A model generated the notes under the pieces. It searched no databases. It saw only the letters and a list, made by a program, of their open reading frames with translations, and was not told where the DNA came from. Made by a program: the position numbers and the translations under genes. A DNA stretch of 64,000 nt from Lama guanicoe. Taxonomy: Eukaryota. This document shows, one piece after another, positions 50,601 to 63,010 of the stretch (within the stretch, counting starts at the first letter, position 1; every line of letters starts with the position of its first letter). The stretch covers positions 9,641,186-9,705,185 of the forward strand of contig MU054323.1 of the NCBI GenBank assembly GCA_013239625.1, read 5' to 3'.

Positions 50601-52729
50601 CAGGCCCGAGGTGTGACTGGGGATGAGCTGCTGCAGGAAAGGACAGAAAAAGCCCCAAAGACCTGTTTATGGCCCAAAACAGTACAGTAGATGAACCCTG
50701 GCTGGCTTGGACCCCCCACTCCCCCAGGTCCCCAGGATGGCTCACTGGTTAGTGGATGGCAGTGCCGGTGCGAGTCTGGACCCCGCCCTTGCCAATGTGG
50801 TCTGTGTGAGATGGTGGAAGTCGCCTGGCCTCCCTGAGCCTGTAAACATGCCAACGGTATCATAAATCCTGCATCTGCTTACCCTTTAAGGTTGCTGTGA
50901 GAGTATTACACTTTCCAAAGAGCCCTCAAATTTAATATACACTGAAGAGTGGCTTTAATTCCATGTGTTGGCCTTGACTGTCTTCCCCACTGCCCAGGGC
51001 ATGCGCCTTCCTTTCATGCAGGGACACAAGTCACCCCGAGCCTGTGTAGAGCCTCCACTATTCACCCAGCACTTTCCTGTTCTCACAACAGCCCCGTGAA
51101 GAAGGCTAAGGTTCTGCTAATTAGTCTGCGTGTAGAGTGGGGAATGAACACAGAGTTGCAGCCAATTCTCAAGTTTCTCTTCATTTTAACTTCATATGGG
51201 GCTCTTGCAGGTCTTCCCAGCGCACACACAGATTTCCCGCCAGCCAGGAATATGTGAAGAGCGTATCTCAGCCCTGCTCTTTCTTCCTTCTCATGTCTGG
51301 ATTGCCCCACTGAGTATCCCATGGGTTCACCCCTCGCCCCAGCTGGGAACAAAGCATCAGGCTAATGAAGCTGCAGATAGTAACCATTTGTTCCCACATT
51401 AGGCCACCACTTTTCACTGTCTATCATCTCTTTTGGTTTTCTCTCTCACGGTTTCCATTTATTTGGTGTTGTCTCCTGGCAATTTTTTAAAAATCGGAAG
51501 CTGGGCATTGTATATGAAAGATTATATAATTCTATGTTCTAGATGGTGATATCTTCCTCCATAAAGGCTTTGCTTTTGGCAAGCAGTTAGGTAGGGGCAG
51601 ATCACCCTAATCTAATATTGGGAATCAAACTCACTCAAAGGTGGGCTTCAGTCTTTTTGGAGACTGGTCTATTTCCCCTTTACCCTTCTTCCAGGGGTCT
51701 AGTTCTCTGAAGTTTCAACTAAGAGCCTGGGACACTCACCAGGGCCCCTCCTCCTTGATGAGTACTGGACTCCCCTGCTTCCCCCAGCTCCATGGAGCTC
51801 CCTGAAGCTCTGCCCAGCATATTAACCACTTACCTGCTGATTTCTGTCACTGTGATTTGGCAAATGTTTCAAGGGCAAAAGCAGCATCAAATGTTGGGCT
51901 CACTCTCTTCATTTTCCTTTTCCCTGGCTCTTGACCCCTTAAGTTCATGGTGCCTTTATGACTCTCAACAGATGGGCACACACACGCATGCATGCACACA
52001 GTGTGGAAGTACATGATAGAATGTCTGCAGAGGGAAAAATTAGGGCCAGAAGATTCTATAATGACTGCAGGGAAAGATATCTATCGTCTTCAAAAACCAC
52101 CTCTTTTGAAACTCTTTAAAATATTTTAGATTTCGAGTCAGCAGGTAGGAGCTGTCAATCCAGCCCCACCTCTCTAAAGAAGATTTTAACTTTTGTGGCT
52201 ATAAAATTGTACTAATGATGACATCTATCTCTCTGGCTTGTTTTGATAATGAAACAACAGCGCTTTTCATCTAAATCAACACATTTCAATATACGTTTTG
52301 TACAGGCAGTGGGCTAGATCTTCCGCTTATAGTATTAAATTTTTTTAATGTATAAACTATAGAATACAAGCATATCCATGGTCATAAAAATCTTTTCTTT
52401 TTTTTTAAAGTAAACTACTATTTGTAGCAGGGACCAAAGCCTTTCTTTGAGGAGCATTTCTTTTTTCTCTCTCAGACTTAAAGCCTGGAGGACTAGGAGG
52501 TGTGCTGAATGGGACATTTAAGACCACGGGAGAGGTACCTGCGTTCCTCTAGTTGTGAAGGTCCTGGCAAAGCCCAGTGAGGGGTTGTGGTGGTGGCAAC
52601 CAGCCTGGTGATCTAGAGGTAGGTCCCAGGCTCCCATGTGGGATGCCTGGGGCCAAGGGCTATTGCCGATCACCAGAGATGCCATCTTCCCACTTCGCCT
52701 TGCTGACCTCTTTTCAGTGGGGTCTAGAT

Positions 52730-53371
52730 CAGGCATTGGTTGGCAAACAGTGGTCCATGGGCCAAATCTAGGCTTCTGCTTCTTTTTGTATGCCCTGTGA
52801 GCTAAGGATGATTTTTACATTTTTAGGTTCATTTTTTCACATTGACGTCTAGTTACTCCAGCTCCATTTGTTGAAAAGACAGTCTTTTCTCCATTATGTG
52901 GCCTTTGCACTCTTGTCAAAGATCAGTTGGCTCTATTTATGTGGGTCTGCTTCTGGGCTGTCTCTCTTGTCCCATGAATCTGTTTGTCTGATCTTCTGCC
53001 AATACCACCCTGTAGCTTTATAGGAAGTTTTGAAGTTGGGCACTGCCAGGCCTCTGAGTTTGTTCCTCTCCTTCAATATTCTGTTGGCTATTCTGGGGCT
53101 TTTGCCTCTCCATGGAAACTTTAAAAGCAGTTTGTTGACATCCACAAGTGGGTTTTCAAATGGTTGAGAAAAATAGAAAGGTATTTTGTGGCGTATGAAA
53201 ATTACATAAAATTCAAATTTGTCTCCATAAAGTTAATTTGTTTGCATATTATCTTTGGTGGCTTTCACAGGACAGCGGCAGGGCTGAGTAATTGTGACAG
53301 AGAATGTATGGTTTGCAAAACCTAAAATACTGACTGTCTGGCCCTTTACAGAAGACCTTTGTCAATCCCTG
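52730..53371. mobile_element. MER58-type hAT element containing an internal L1 fragment
   Basis: CAGG...CCTG termini; 8-bp TSD gtctagat (52722-52729) and gtctaaat (53372-53379); motif ggccctttacagaa. Confidence 0.75.
52828..53148 (-). mobile_element. internal L1 ORF2 fragment with no 3' tail
   Basis: Minus-strand peptide KLLLKFPWRGKSPRIANRILKERNKLRGLAVPNFKTSYKAT.WYWQK is L1 ORF2, post-RT region. Confidence 0.8.
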
Positions 53372-53409
53372 GTCTAAATCTTAAGCTGTGACTTACACTT
53401 AGCTTGTTG

Positions 53410-53630
53410 GTTCTGAGCATGGCCCACGGAGCCAGACTGCTGGTTTCGAACCCTGCCATTATCCTTTGCTGACTGTGTCACCTTTAAAATGCCACTTACC
53501 CTTCCTGGGCCTGTTTTTTAACTGTCAAGTGGGGATAATAGCATTTATCTCATAGAGTTGTTGTAAGAATTAAATTAATTATTTCATGTAAGTGCTTAAA
53601 ACAGGGCCTGGTACCTAAAAACTTCATACA
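53410..53630 (+). mobile_element. MIR SINE
   Basis: gagccagactgc...ggggataatagcatttatctcatagagttgttgtaagaattaaat. Confidence 0.75.
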
Positions 53631-55300
53631 TGCTACCACATACATTTTTATGCTGGCTTAAAAAGAATGTTACAAAAATGGTCCCAAATCTCTGCCCTGC
53701 TAATTCGTCTACCCTGAGTGATGATCATCTTAAAACACACCCTAACACTTGTCTCTACAGAGACCGGTCACAGCTCCCTGTTGCTCGTGGGGTAGCCTGG
53801 CATTCACAGCTCCACAGCCCAGCTGCCAGCTCTCTCTGCAGCCTTGTCGCCCCTCCCCTCCCCTCCCCTCCAGTTGCAAACCCTGTGCTCCAGCCCTTCC
53901 CAGTGCTTTGTGCTTGTCCACACCCCGGGCCCTCCCATCCTGTAACTCTTTCTGTCCAGAAAGCTTTGTTCTGGGGATTTTAAAAGGGTCACTGAGACCT
54001 GGGGGCAGGTTATAGCCATCATTCCTGTTATAAGCTCCAACATGGAAATCAGTGCCTGATCTCACCGTGGGCATGAACTGGAAATATATTCATGTTCCTC
54101 ATGAAACTTCAGATGGATTGTTTTCAGGGTCAAAAAGTAAGGCTGCAGAAAAAGGCTGGAGTGGAAAACAAATCAAGCCCTTCGCCCCAGGTTAGGCCTC
54201 CCTCTGGCTTTGTCTGTTGCTGTCTGGGGGTCCCTGCATGGTATGCCCTTACAGGGAGTGTGCACCCTGGACAGAAAACTGGGTGGAGAGAAGCCAAAGG
54301 AGGCAAAAGAATCAGACCTCTGATTCCGTATCAGTGTCATGTTTCATGAAGCTGTTGAAAGTAAGCATCACGATCATGTAACAATGGGAAGAAAGCTCAT
54401 GATACAACATTAAAGGGAGCTTGTAGGGTACAAAATTGCATCAGCATTGATTACACCTGAGTGAGAAGTGTGACTGATCAGGAGCCTGATGGACAAGGGG
54501 GTGTGAACATGTGAAACCACTCTTGGTTGTAGGGGTGATGGCACTGTGGGTGGGGTTTTGATTCCTTTAGGGGAGTGCTATTATTGTACTATACTGTTAT
54601 TTATGTATTTAAAAATCTAAATGTTTGATGGGAGAACTCATAAAATTTTTTATGTAATTTAAATTTAAATTTTATGTAATTTAAAGAATTTAAATGTATG
54701 CAAAGTTAAAAAAAAAAAAAGCCTTAAAAGACTGGTCCAGTGTTAGCTGGGATGAGAGCAGTGTCTTTGCCGTCTCCCTACCTTACGTTCACTAAGACCC
54801 CTCAAGACAACCCCTGTCCAGCCGTTATGTACAGTCTTGGCTGCTGGGGATGCCATGATTAGCTCTTCTCCTAAGCTCACACCACCATTCAGACTATTCC
54901 AGAATATCCTTTCCCTTCCCTGATTTGTCCTGGATTCCTGAACAACAGCAACTATTTGTCCAACATTATTCTCCTCAAGAGTTCTACCCTTTGCCAGGAA
55001 CTAATAAAGGAATTGGTGGTAATGTGCCCATGAGTGATGTAGGGTTATTCCTGATCTCTCCCAGATAACACTTTTGCTTTGCAACCCAGGGCTTCTGCCT
55101 TAATAGGCTGCATTAATGGAAGCACAGTGTCCCCAACAATGAAGGTGATCCTTGGAGGAATGGTACCTGGGCTTTCCTAACACAAGGGATATTACTGAGC
55201 AGGGCACATAGGTAGGGCTGGGAGGAAGGGCATGAAAGCTGCGAATATGATGGGAGTTAATTCCAGCTAAATAACCTGAACTATTTTTGCTTTCTTTTAG

Positions 55301-55362
55301 GAAGCACCCAGGCCCATACCTCTCCTGGAGAGAATGCATTGGAAGACCAACTATGGCCGGAG
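55301..55362 (+). CDS. PLB1: PLB1 coding exon 2, (G)STQAHTSPGENALEDQLWPE
   Basis: Acceptor tttttgctttcttttag|GA, donor GAG|gtcagg. Matches the PLB1 HTSP...LE.QLWPE segment. Confidence 0.93.
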
Positions 55363-56625
55363 GTCAGGGCTTTGTCCTCATGGGTCGGGGAGTGAGTTCC
55401 CCTCTAGAGGGTGAATCTAAGTCTTGATGAAAGTTGGCAGGTCCCTCCCAGAGGCCTTGAGGGAACGGGCTGGACACACTGCTTCCCTGGGGACAGTCGG
55501 GCTGCCTGGCAGAGCAGAGGGAGCATGACTGTATCTCCTGGAATTTGGGGCTTGTCATCCCAGCAGACTGAGCAGGTGGCGCCCAGAAGTGTCCAGACAG
55601 AGTTACAAATGGGCTTGTTATCTCTGTGAACCTTGAAGCAGATACTGTGAGTTATTTGAAGGCATCTGAGTGAGGTCTTCCCAGAACATCCACAAGATAA
55701 GAATTGAGAGTAAATGCTTTTACGTCTTACCGAAATCAGTAATTCATGAGAAATTAACTTGTGTCTCCTTGTGATAGAGAAAGGTGGTCAAGCAACTCAG
55801 TTCTGCATGTTTCCCCATTGGAGCATCTCCCCTTTCACTCTCAATTCTGGGGAGAGAACATATGATTTCCCTTCCCAGAGCCCTCCATATGATTTTGCAA
55901 CAGAGGCTGCTCTGGATTTGCAGGGGTATCTGAGGAGGCTGAGTGGCCTTGAGGATCCGAGCACTGGTCACCCAGTCCCTCCTCTGCTCTCAGCAGCCCC
56001 TCTGGGCTTAGGATATGTGCTGGCCCAGTAAGGACATGAGAGTCTCCTGGTTTCCACTTTATCCAGTTACCAGCAGCAAATAAACAGAATGCCTCCTATA
56101 CCTGCTCTATAAATAATCAAATTTAAAGAGGGAAAGTAGGTAATACAAAAAATATAATAGCATAGAATAGATTTGGTTACTTTTTAGTCCAGATATGCTG
56201 GGTCTCTTGGTGATTTCTTTTCATATTGCAGTGAAATACACATACAAAATTTACCAATTTTGAGCGTACAGTTCAATGGTGTTAAGTATATTCACGTTGT
56301 TGTGCACCCATCACCACTATCCATCTCCAAAACTTTCTTGTTACCCCAGTAGTTGGTTTTTGTTTTCTATCATCCTCCCTCCCTCTCCATTCTACTGTTC
56401 TGAGGCGTCCTTACCTGCCACCTGCTACAATCATTGCCAGTAGACACATGCCCCGTTTTGCTGGGTGAATTGGGTATAGGGTTAGAAGAACATGACTATG
56501 GACGATTGGTGCTTCTGGATTCTGAGCCTAGACAGAACAAGGACATGGTCATTTCTGTACCAAGCTTTCAGGACCTGCAGGATTTCCGTACAGTTGATGT
56601 TTCTGATGTCTGGTTTCAGTGGCAG

Positions 56626-56692
56626 ACCTCGAAGAGTCTTCCATTCTCATGCAACCCACAGAAGTCAGGATCCGAAGTGCCTTCTAACTCAG
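56626..56692 (+). CDS. PLB1: PLB1 coding exon 3, TSKSLPFSCNPQKSGSEVPSNS(V)
   Basis: Acceptor tggcag|ACC, with an alternative in-frame AG 6 nt upstream; donor TCAG|gtacgt. Matches the PF.CNP...PS.S segment. Confidence 0.9.
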
Positions 56693-57843
56693 GTACGTGA
56701 CCCTGAGCCATGAGCTAGAAAGGCCAGAGTCCTCTCTCTGGTGTGGCCAGCAGAGGCTCCAACCACTCTCCTCTTGCACTCTTTGGTCATTCAGGTCCTC
56801 ATTCTTCCCCATCCTTAGTCCTTCAGCCTCCTCTTTTGTCACCCTCAGTCATTTCTATGGAGGGACACAGCCCAACACACCACTCAGAGATAAAACCAAC
56901 ATGGGCCCGCAGTGGTTTGCCTGGGTGAGGGTGACCTCCGGGAGCTCACCTGCAGGTGGGTGGACCGTGTCACAGGAGCTGTGGGTTGGAGCTTGGTCAC
57001 TCACGTGCCTCCCCTAATCCTACAGTGTAGCCACAGTGGCTGCCCTAGACATATTTTTCCTAAAATGGGCTAGGTTTGCCTAATGCCTGGATGCTGTGAC
57101 CATTACTCCTGAGCTGGTCCTCTGCTCCAGCTGCATCACTGACCATGTTCAATGGCCTTGTTTATGTCTGCATTGTAATAATTTGCCAGGGTTTCCAGCT
57201 AAGCATACTATTCTTAATATTCTGCTATGTAAGGCGTGTGGGTAGAAAAAGAAATCGCCATACTTCTTAGGAAGTGGCTTCTTTAGGAGGCCCCAGAAAC
57301 GTGACCAAGGAGTATGTCAGTGGTTTCTAGGGAGACTTAATTCTAAGAATGCCGGTGGCCCAGGCGGGCCATGGAGGTTTCTTGCTGTGCCATCTGCATG
57401 CAGCTTGATCTGGTGTTTATGTGTGTTCACAGGCTTGGAGTGCTGTTCTCTGGCAAATCTTCAAGCTAACATGATAACATGATGCCTTTTGAACCCAGAT
57501 GGTTTTCCTTTTGATGTGTTGCTCTCTTATTACTGATGGTGGCCCACAGCAGAAAGAGGGTCAGGAGAGGGAAATAAGGGCCATGAGTGACCTTCCATGG
57601 GACATGTATTTGGAGATCTTGAGTTCAGTTGACAACATGATCTCCAGAGAGGAGTAAACCTCTTTCAGGCTGGGCTTCCACAACTGCCTGATTTCCAGCT
57701 TTGCACTTCCACGGCGGCACACACAACCTCAGAGGCTGTCCTCGGGCCGGGGGACAGGTGTCTGCTTCTCCCATTTGGTGACCTTGGCTCACGTGGTCCG
57801 GGATGTAGCTCTGACCTTCCTCCATGGGTTCCTGTCTTTGCAG

Positions 57844-57902
57844 TCCACTCTCTGAGACCTTCTGATATTAAATTTGTGGCAGCCATTGGCGATGTGGAAA
57901 CT
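57844..57902 (+). CDS. PLB1: PLB1 coding exon 4, (V)HSLRPSDIKFVAAIGDVET (degenerate GDSL block I of repeat 1)
   Basis: Acceptor cctgtctttgcag|TC, donor ACT|gtgagt. VHSL.PSDIKFVAAIG is characteristic of PLB1 repeats. Confidence 0.96.
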
Positions 57903-60134
57903 GTGAGTATTTCAAGGAGATGGAGGTGGGAGGGAGGATCTGGGACTGGTGAGCCTCTGAAGGAGCTCCTAGTAGCCAGGCAGGATGCTTAATTTTGGGA
58001 GAGAATATTCTCTCGAGTTGGAGAAATTCTAAAATCTAGGGTTCTGAGTTGTTGTTTTAAATCAAACGAATGCCTCTCTTTGCATCAGGGTGAGGAAACT
58101 TTTGGAGTTTCTCATTAACAAGTTAAATCTGTTGATACATTAAGTCAAAATTCACACAGAATTTAAAAGTCATCTTCTAAACTTTCTGTTTATGAGAGAA
58201 AGAACAAAAACGTCTTCTAGACTTTCTATTTATGAGATAAAGAACAAAAAATACACTCATCTTTGCTGAAGTTTTAAGTGGTATGGTGTTATATGGTGAG
58301 GTAACAGGAAAAGAAATCGATAAGATGGAAAGAGAGGAGAGAGGGGGTGAGCAGAAAGAGAAAAGGGTTGGAGAGCAGGGCAGACGGAATGCCAGTGTGA
58401 TTCCCCAGTCAGTCCTGGCTCCCACCTGCCCTGGTCTTAGCAGAGCCTGGCAGCCCTGCTGCCCTCCAAGTCCAAGGAGCCCCCAGCTGAGAGGACCACT
58501 AATCAGGTATTCTCAGCTCCACCCCAGAGCCTGGCTGTACCTCGCACACGTGAACCTGTACACCCTCTCCTCCCCTCTCCAGTGTCTTCCTCCTACCTCT
58601 GCATACCACGTCTCCATCCCACTGTCCTCCCGTGTCCCTGCTGTAGTCTGTACCCTCTGCAGCCTCTGCCCCTGCCTCTGCGCTCAGCCTGCCTCCTCGC
58701 TGCAAGCCCAAGCCCGCTACCCCAGGCACAGAGCCGGCTGTGGGTAAAGGGCAAGACCTCACATTAGAAACTGACCAGAGCCCAGTGAAATCAAGCAGCC
58801 AGGGCTCCCTGACCCTCGTTCTATTCTACCTGTGATGGCGGTGGTAAAACTGCACGTGTGACTGTGTGTATTGATGAGAGCAAAGGGGGAGGTTTACCAG
58901 TGGGAGGGATGTGAAAGGGGAGATGGGCGTAATGAGCAAAGAGGTTTCCTGTCACGCGTAGCACGCCCACTTTGCCGAGCCCATGTGTCCCTGCTTGGTG
59001 GTCGTTCCACTGCAGAGCCGGGAACGTGGGATGCTCGCTGGAGGAGTCTCGAATTCTGCCTTGGGCAGGGAGGTCTCCACGCCGAGTCAGGTTTCTAAAG
59101 TTAAACCAGTCAATGACTTTTGGTCCCAGCTCTGAAGGAGTTCTTCACACATGAATTATTCAGACCCCACTGCTCCTGCTGTCACTCACCTCACCCTTTC
59201 TCCACGTGTGAGCCCGAGGCCCCGGGCGCGGGAAGATGGTTTCAGTCCAGGATGGTCTCCCAGCCCCAGAATGATTGTCATTACACTGACGGGCACCTCA
59301 GCCTTCAGGAGAAATCCTGAAAACACGATTCTTAGGAGGCTGCCTTCCTCTGTCTGCCCTGAGCGTCAGGTACCATGAACTTAGCCTGATTTTAATTTAT
59401 AAAAGGCATCAGGCCAGGGAAAACATAATGGAAGACAGTGCAATTAAAAAGACAGAGGTCCGAAAGGTGGATGCTTTTGCTTTGAGTTCTGGAGCTTTCT
59501 GTAGCCAAGGCACAATCGCTTGCTTGCGACTGTGGCTGACACTTATTTAATTGCTCTGGGCTTCCTTTTCCTCATAAACTTTCAAGATCAGATTCGTAAA
59601 TGTTTGTTAAAATTCTTTTCAGATTAACACTTGGGATACCTGTTCCATATAAGAAAAAAGTCAAAACATGTTACCTTTCCCTAGAAGCTTTGCCTTTCAA
59701 GCTCCTCTGATTGGAGGACTCCATCCCAGCTAGAGGAAGGTAATGGTTAGCCTGTCCTCCCAAGGGGGCTCCAGAGGCGTGGCCCAGCTTGACAGGCTGA
59801 CCGGCTGTCACAGGAGAAGGGTCGTTAAGGACAGGCAGGCCGGGTGTGGCAGTGTGGGTACAGCGGCACCTGTCACCGCCACACCTGGAGACACTGTTCT
59901 GTGAGAATCTTGAGAGAGAGAATTTGTGTCTGAACCTGTGAAAGCAGCACAACTGACAACAGCTGGTGCAGGCTCAGCGCTGCCTGTGTCCTGGGCACAA
60001 TTCCAAGTGTCCCTAGGACCTCCCAGAGGACTCGGTTCCCACGGTCACCTCAGCCCTACGACCAGGGAACCTCTCCAGCAGGGAGTGTCGGGTGTTAGCC
60101 AGCATTTACCAAGATGATGATCAGAGACTTATTT

Positions 60135-60320
60135 TGTTCATTCAAAAAATAGTTACCGAGCAGGTATTTACTGAGCACTTATGGTGTGTCAGGTACTGTT
60201 CTAGGTCCGGGGAACATAGTCAAGGACAGAACAGGCGCAAATCCCTGCCCTCGTGGTGCTTACACTCTAGGCAGGGGAGACAGACGATACACAAGTAAAT
60301 TTTAGACTATGGAAGGTCAT
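60135..60320 (-). mobile_element. L2 3' end
   Basis: gttcattcaa...tatttactgagcacttatggtgtgtcaggtactgttctagg...ccctgccctcgtggtgcttaca. Confidence 0.75.
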
Positions 60321-60645
60321 AATAAAATAATCTCTTTCGTTTCTATGTAGGATGTTAATATTCCACATAGGTATATTTAAATCTAAGCTCTCCCATCCGG
60401 TTTTCTATTCAGAAGAAAATATTTAAACCTTCCATTGCTCTGAGTTCAGGCAACATGCTTTGGAGAAACCCTGATGTTCCTACTTCCCTCCCCCAGAAAC
60501 AAACAAAGGCAGGTTTGGACTTTTTCAGGATCCATGGGTTCCCTCTTTTTGGTGGAGGGGGGTGTCTGATAGGCACCTGGGGTCTCACAAGGACAGGCTG
60601 GCTGCCTTCCCTGGTGGGGCGGTTCACACCTTGTGTCTTTTCCAG

Positions 60646-60686
60646 CCTCCAGACTCAGGGACAGGCGACCTGGAGAAGCAAGAATG
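60646..60686 (+). CDS. PLB1: PLB1 coding exon 5, PPDSGTGDLEKQE(W)
   Basis: Acceptor gtcttttccag|CCT, donor TG|gtaatt. Matches PPD.GTGDLEKQ.W. Confidence 0.93.
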
Positions 60687-61267
60687 GTAATTGTCCCAGA
60701 ACCAGAGCAGCAGAGTTGAGCAGAGCCTCAGAGTTATCTGCTTCACCTCCCTGCTTCACTGACAGGGAAACCTGAGGGCCAGAGAGGAGATGCCTGCTCC
60801 AGGCCCCCTTACGAGCAGGTGGTGAGGGAGGACCAGGATGCAGCCTCCTGCCTCCACATCCAACCCTCCCCATTCCTGCCAAACCCCTGGGCCCTTCTGG
60901 GTGAATAAGGGAGGAAAGTGGGAAAAGGCTGAATGTGGGATCCCTGCTTCCTTCCGCCATTCTCCTTGCTCTGCTGTGGGGGAAGCAAGCAGGGCTGGAC
61001 CAGGATCGGGCTCCTCCTACAACGGGGTCTGCATCCCCTTCCAACTGTGGACCAAACTAGAGAGGTGGGGAGAGGGTCCAGATGGGGCTGCCTCACCCCA
61101 CTTTGGTGACTCCATTGCCATCTGAGGTCTGTCTCCGGGAAGGATAAATCCGGAACCAGAGCAACACTGGGCCAAAACTTGTTCTGAAACAGACCACAGC
61201 AAGCAAGGGCAAGGGTTGGTAGGCGACAAATGCAGTCTGACGGTCGTGTGTTGGCTTCTGCTTGCAG

Positions 61268-61311
61268 GACTGAAGACAGGCCACTGCAGGCATGCATGGG
61301 CGTGGTGACTG
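61268..61311 (+). CDS. PLB1: PLB1 coding exon 6, (W)TEDRPLQACMGVVT
   Basis: Acceptor cttctgcttgcag|G, donor ACTG|gtgagt. Matches RP.Q.CMGV.T. Confidence 0.92.
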
Positions 61312-62879
61312 GTGAGTTCTGTGTTTTCATGGCCAGAATCCAGATCGTCCCTGTCCCTCCTGACAGCAGCATTTTGGTTAATGTAGAAGATGTACCCTCT
61401 GGGCCCCCTCATTGCAGAGCCCAGGGAGGAAGGGAGAGGCATTCTAAGAGGACAGGTAGGGAGCCAGGGTATGAGAAGGCACGCACCCTGAACGGTGAAA
61501 TGTGTCGGAGGGTCTCTGAGCGAAGAAAATCCAGGAGGCACTGGGTTAAGGTTGGGGGACAGGGGAGAGAGGTCAGGGGGTGGCTGGCCCGGAGTCCTGA
61601 GGCCCTTTCTTCCCCAGGACCCCAGGGGTGGACTTACCTCTGGGAAACTGTCCGTCATTCACTGTCCCCACCCTGCCCCCCACCAAGGAGAAGACCCAGC
61701 TCTCATGTTCAGTTTATTTCACTTCATAGTAACTCCCTTACTTACAAAATAAATGTATCAATTCAGTTCAGGAAAATGAAATGAAAAGAAAGAAAATCAA
61801 CTGTAATCCCAATTAGAGACAAGCATTGTTAGCACATTCCTTAGCTCCTTCATACATAAAAAGGCCAAAATGTTATCTGTCACCTGGTTTTTTTCACTTA
61901 GTCAGAGGTCCCTTACGACTCTATTAAGTCATCCTGAAACCCGAGTCCCTTAATGCCAGCTGAATTTGCTTGGTGGGTAATGTCACCTGTGCTTAGTGCT
62001 CACAAGCCAAGGGCGAGGAAGCCACCTTTCACTCCTTAATTAGACTGAGCAGACTCAGGCCACAGTGCAGAGAGATGCTCTGCTGGGCTGACACATGAGC
62101 GAAGCATAAGGACAAGTGAGGCAGGCGGTGCCCTGTCAACTCAGCCAGTGAATTTCACCAAGGGCCTGGGAATCAGGAGGTTCCCCGCAAGGCCAGGGAT
62201 AAACCAGATACTGGTCCTGCCTTCAGCCCTTGCCATCCAGCAGGGGAGGTTGAGACCTGGTGTTCTGGCCTCCAGGATCTGATTGAAGGGGGATATTGAT
62301 GGCCCAAGTGATGGGAGGGTCCCCTGGCAAAGGGTTCTGAAAAAGGACACCCTTATGACTTGGTGACTGTCCCAGCTCAGGCTACGTTTGGCCCTGTCTA
62401 CCTTTAAATGGTAGGAAAAAAAGAAATGAAGTGGTGTATTTGGGGGTGTCTAGGAAGATGGCCCTGAAACCACAAGCACAGCTGTTGCTTTACCTGGTTT
62501 CTCAGTTTGTCCCAATTACTTTACCCTTTGACCCACCTGATTGCAAGATCTGATTGCCCCTCATTAAGCAGAGAGTAACCAGGGGTCTCACCTGGCCAGA
62601 GGTGCAGCAGAAGGCTGGGCAGTGAAGGCAGACCATGCACCTAAGTGCTCTCAGAGGTAGGGCTGAGCTGTAGCTTTCAGGGAGTCCAGCCTACCTGAGG
62701 TGGGGTCGGGGGAAGCAGAGTGCCGGGCCTGGGAGTGCTGCTAGGTGGCCAAGCCAGCAGAGGAGAACTTGGCCTTCCAAGGAGAAAGTGCCCCAGGGGC
62801 ATCCAGGCCCGAGCTCAGCCCAGCCGTCATGCAACCCCAGAACCTCAGAGCCCTTCGTATCTAACCATGCCCTCGCTCA

Positions 62880-63010
62880 CCACGGCCATTTTGCAGATGG
62901 GAAAACTGAGTCTCAAGGAGGTTAAACAGACTTTCCTAAGGTTACATGGTCAGTATGTGGCAGAGTGCCCGGGAGCCTAGGTGCTCCAGCCCCATAGCCT
63001 GTGCCCTATG
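62880..63010 (-). mobile_element. MIR SINE
   Basis: ccattttgcagatgggaaaactgagtctcaaggaggttaaa...cctaaggttacatgg. Confidence 0.75.

Larger units (their letters stand above)
42135..61311 (+). other. PLB1: PLB1 gene, 5' portion (coding exons 1-6; gene runs off the right end of the window)
   Basis: Six GT-AG exons of 55, 62, 67, 59, 41 and 44 nt splice in frame (intron phases 1,0,1,0,2,1). The 109-aa product is collinear with the human PLB1 N-terminus as I recall it (MGLRPGIFLLELLLLLGQG...QLWPE...SVHSLKPSDIKFVAAIG...GTGDLEKQDW...CMGVMT). Confidence 0.95.

Noticed and set aside
54648..54685. Direct repeat ttttatgtaatttaaa x2 (similar small duplication at ~45163-45180)
   Set aside because: Simple local slippage duplications in AT-rich TE-derived DNA; no array structure.
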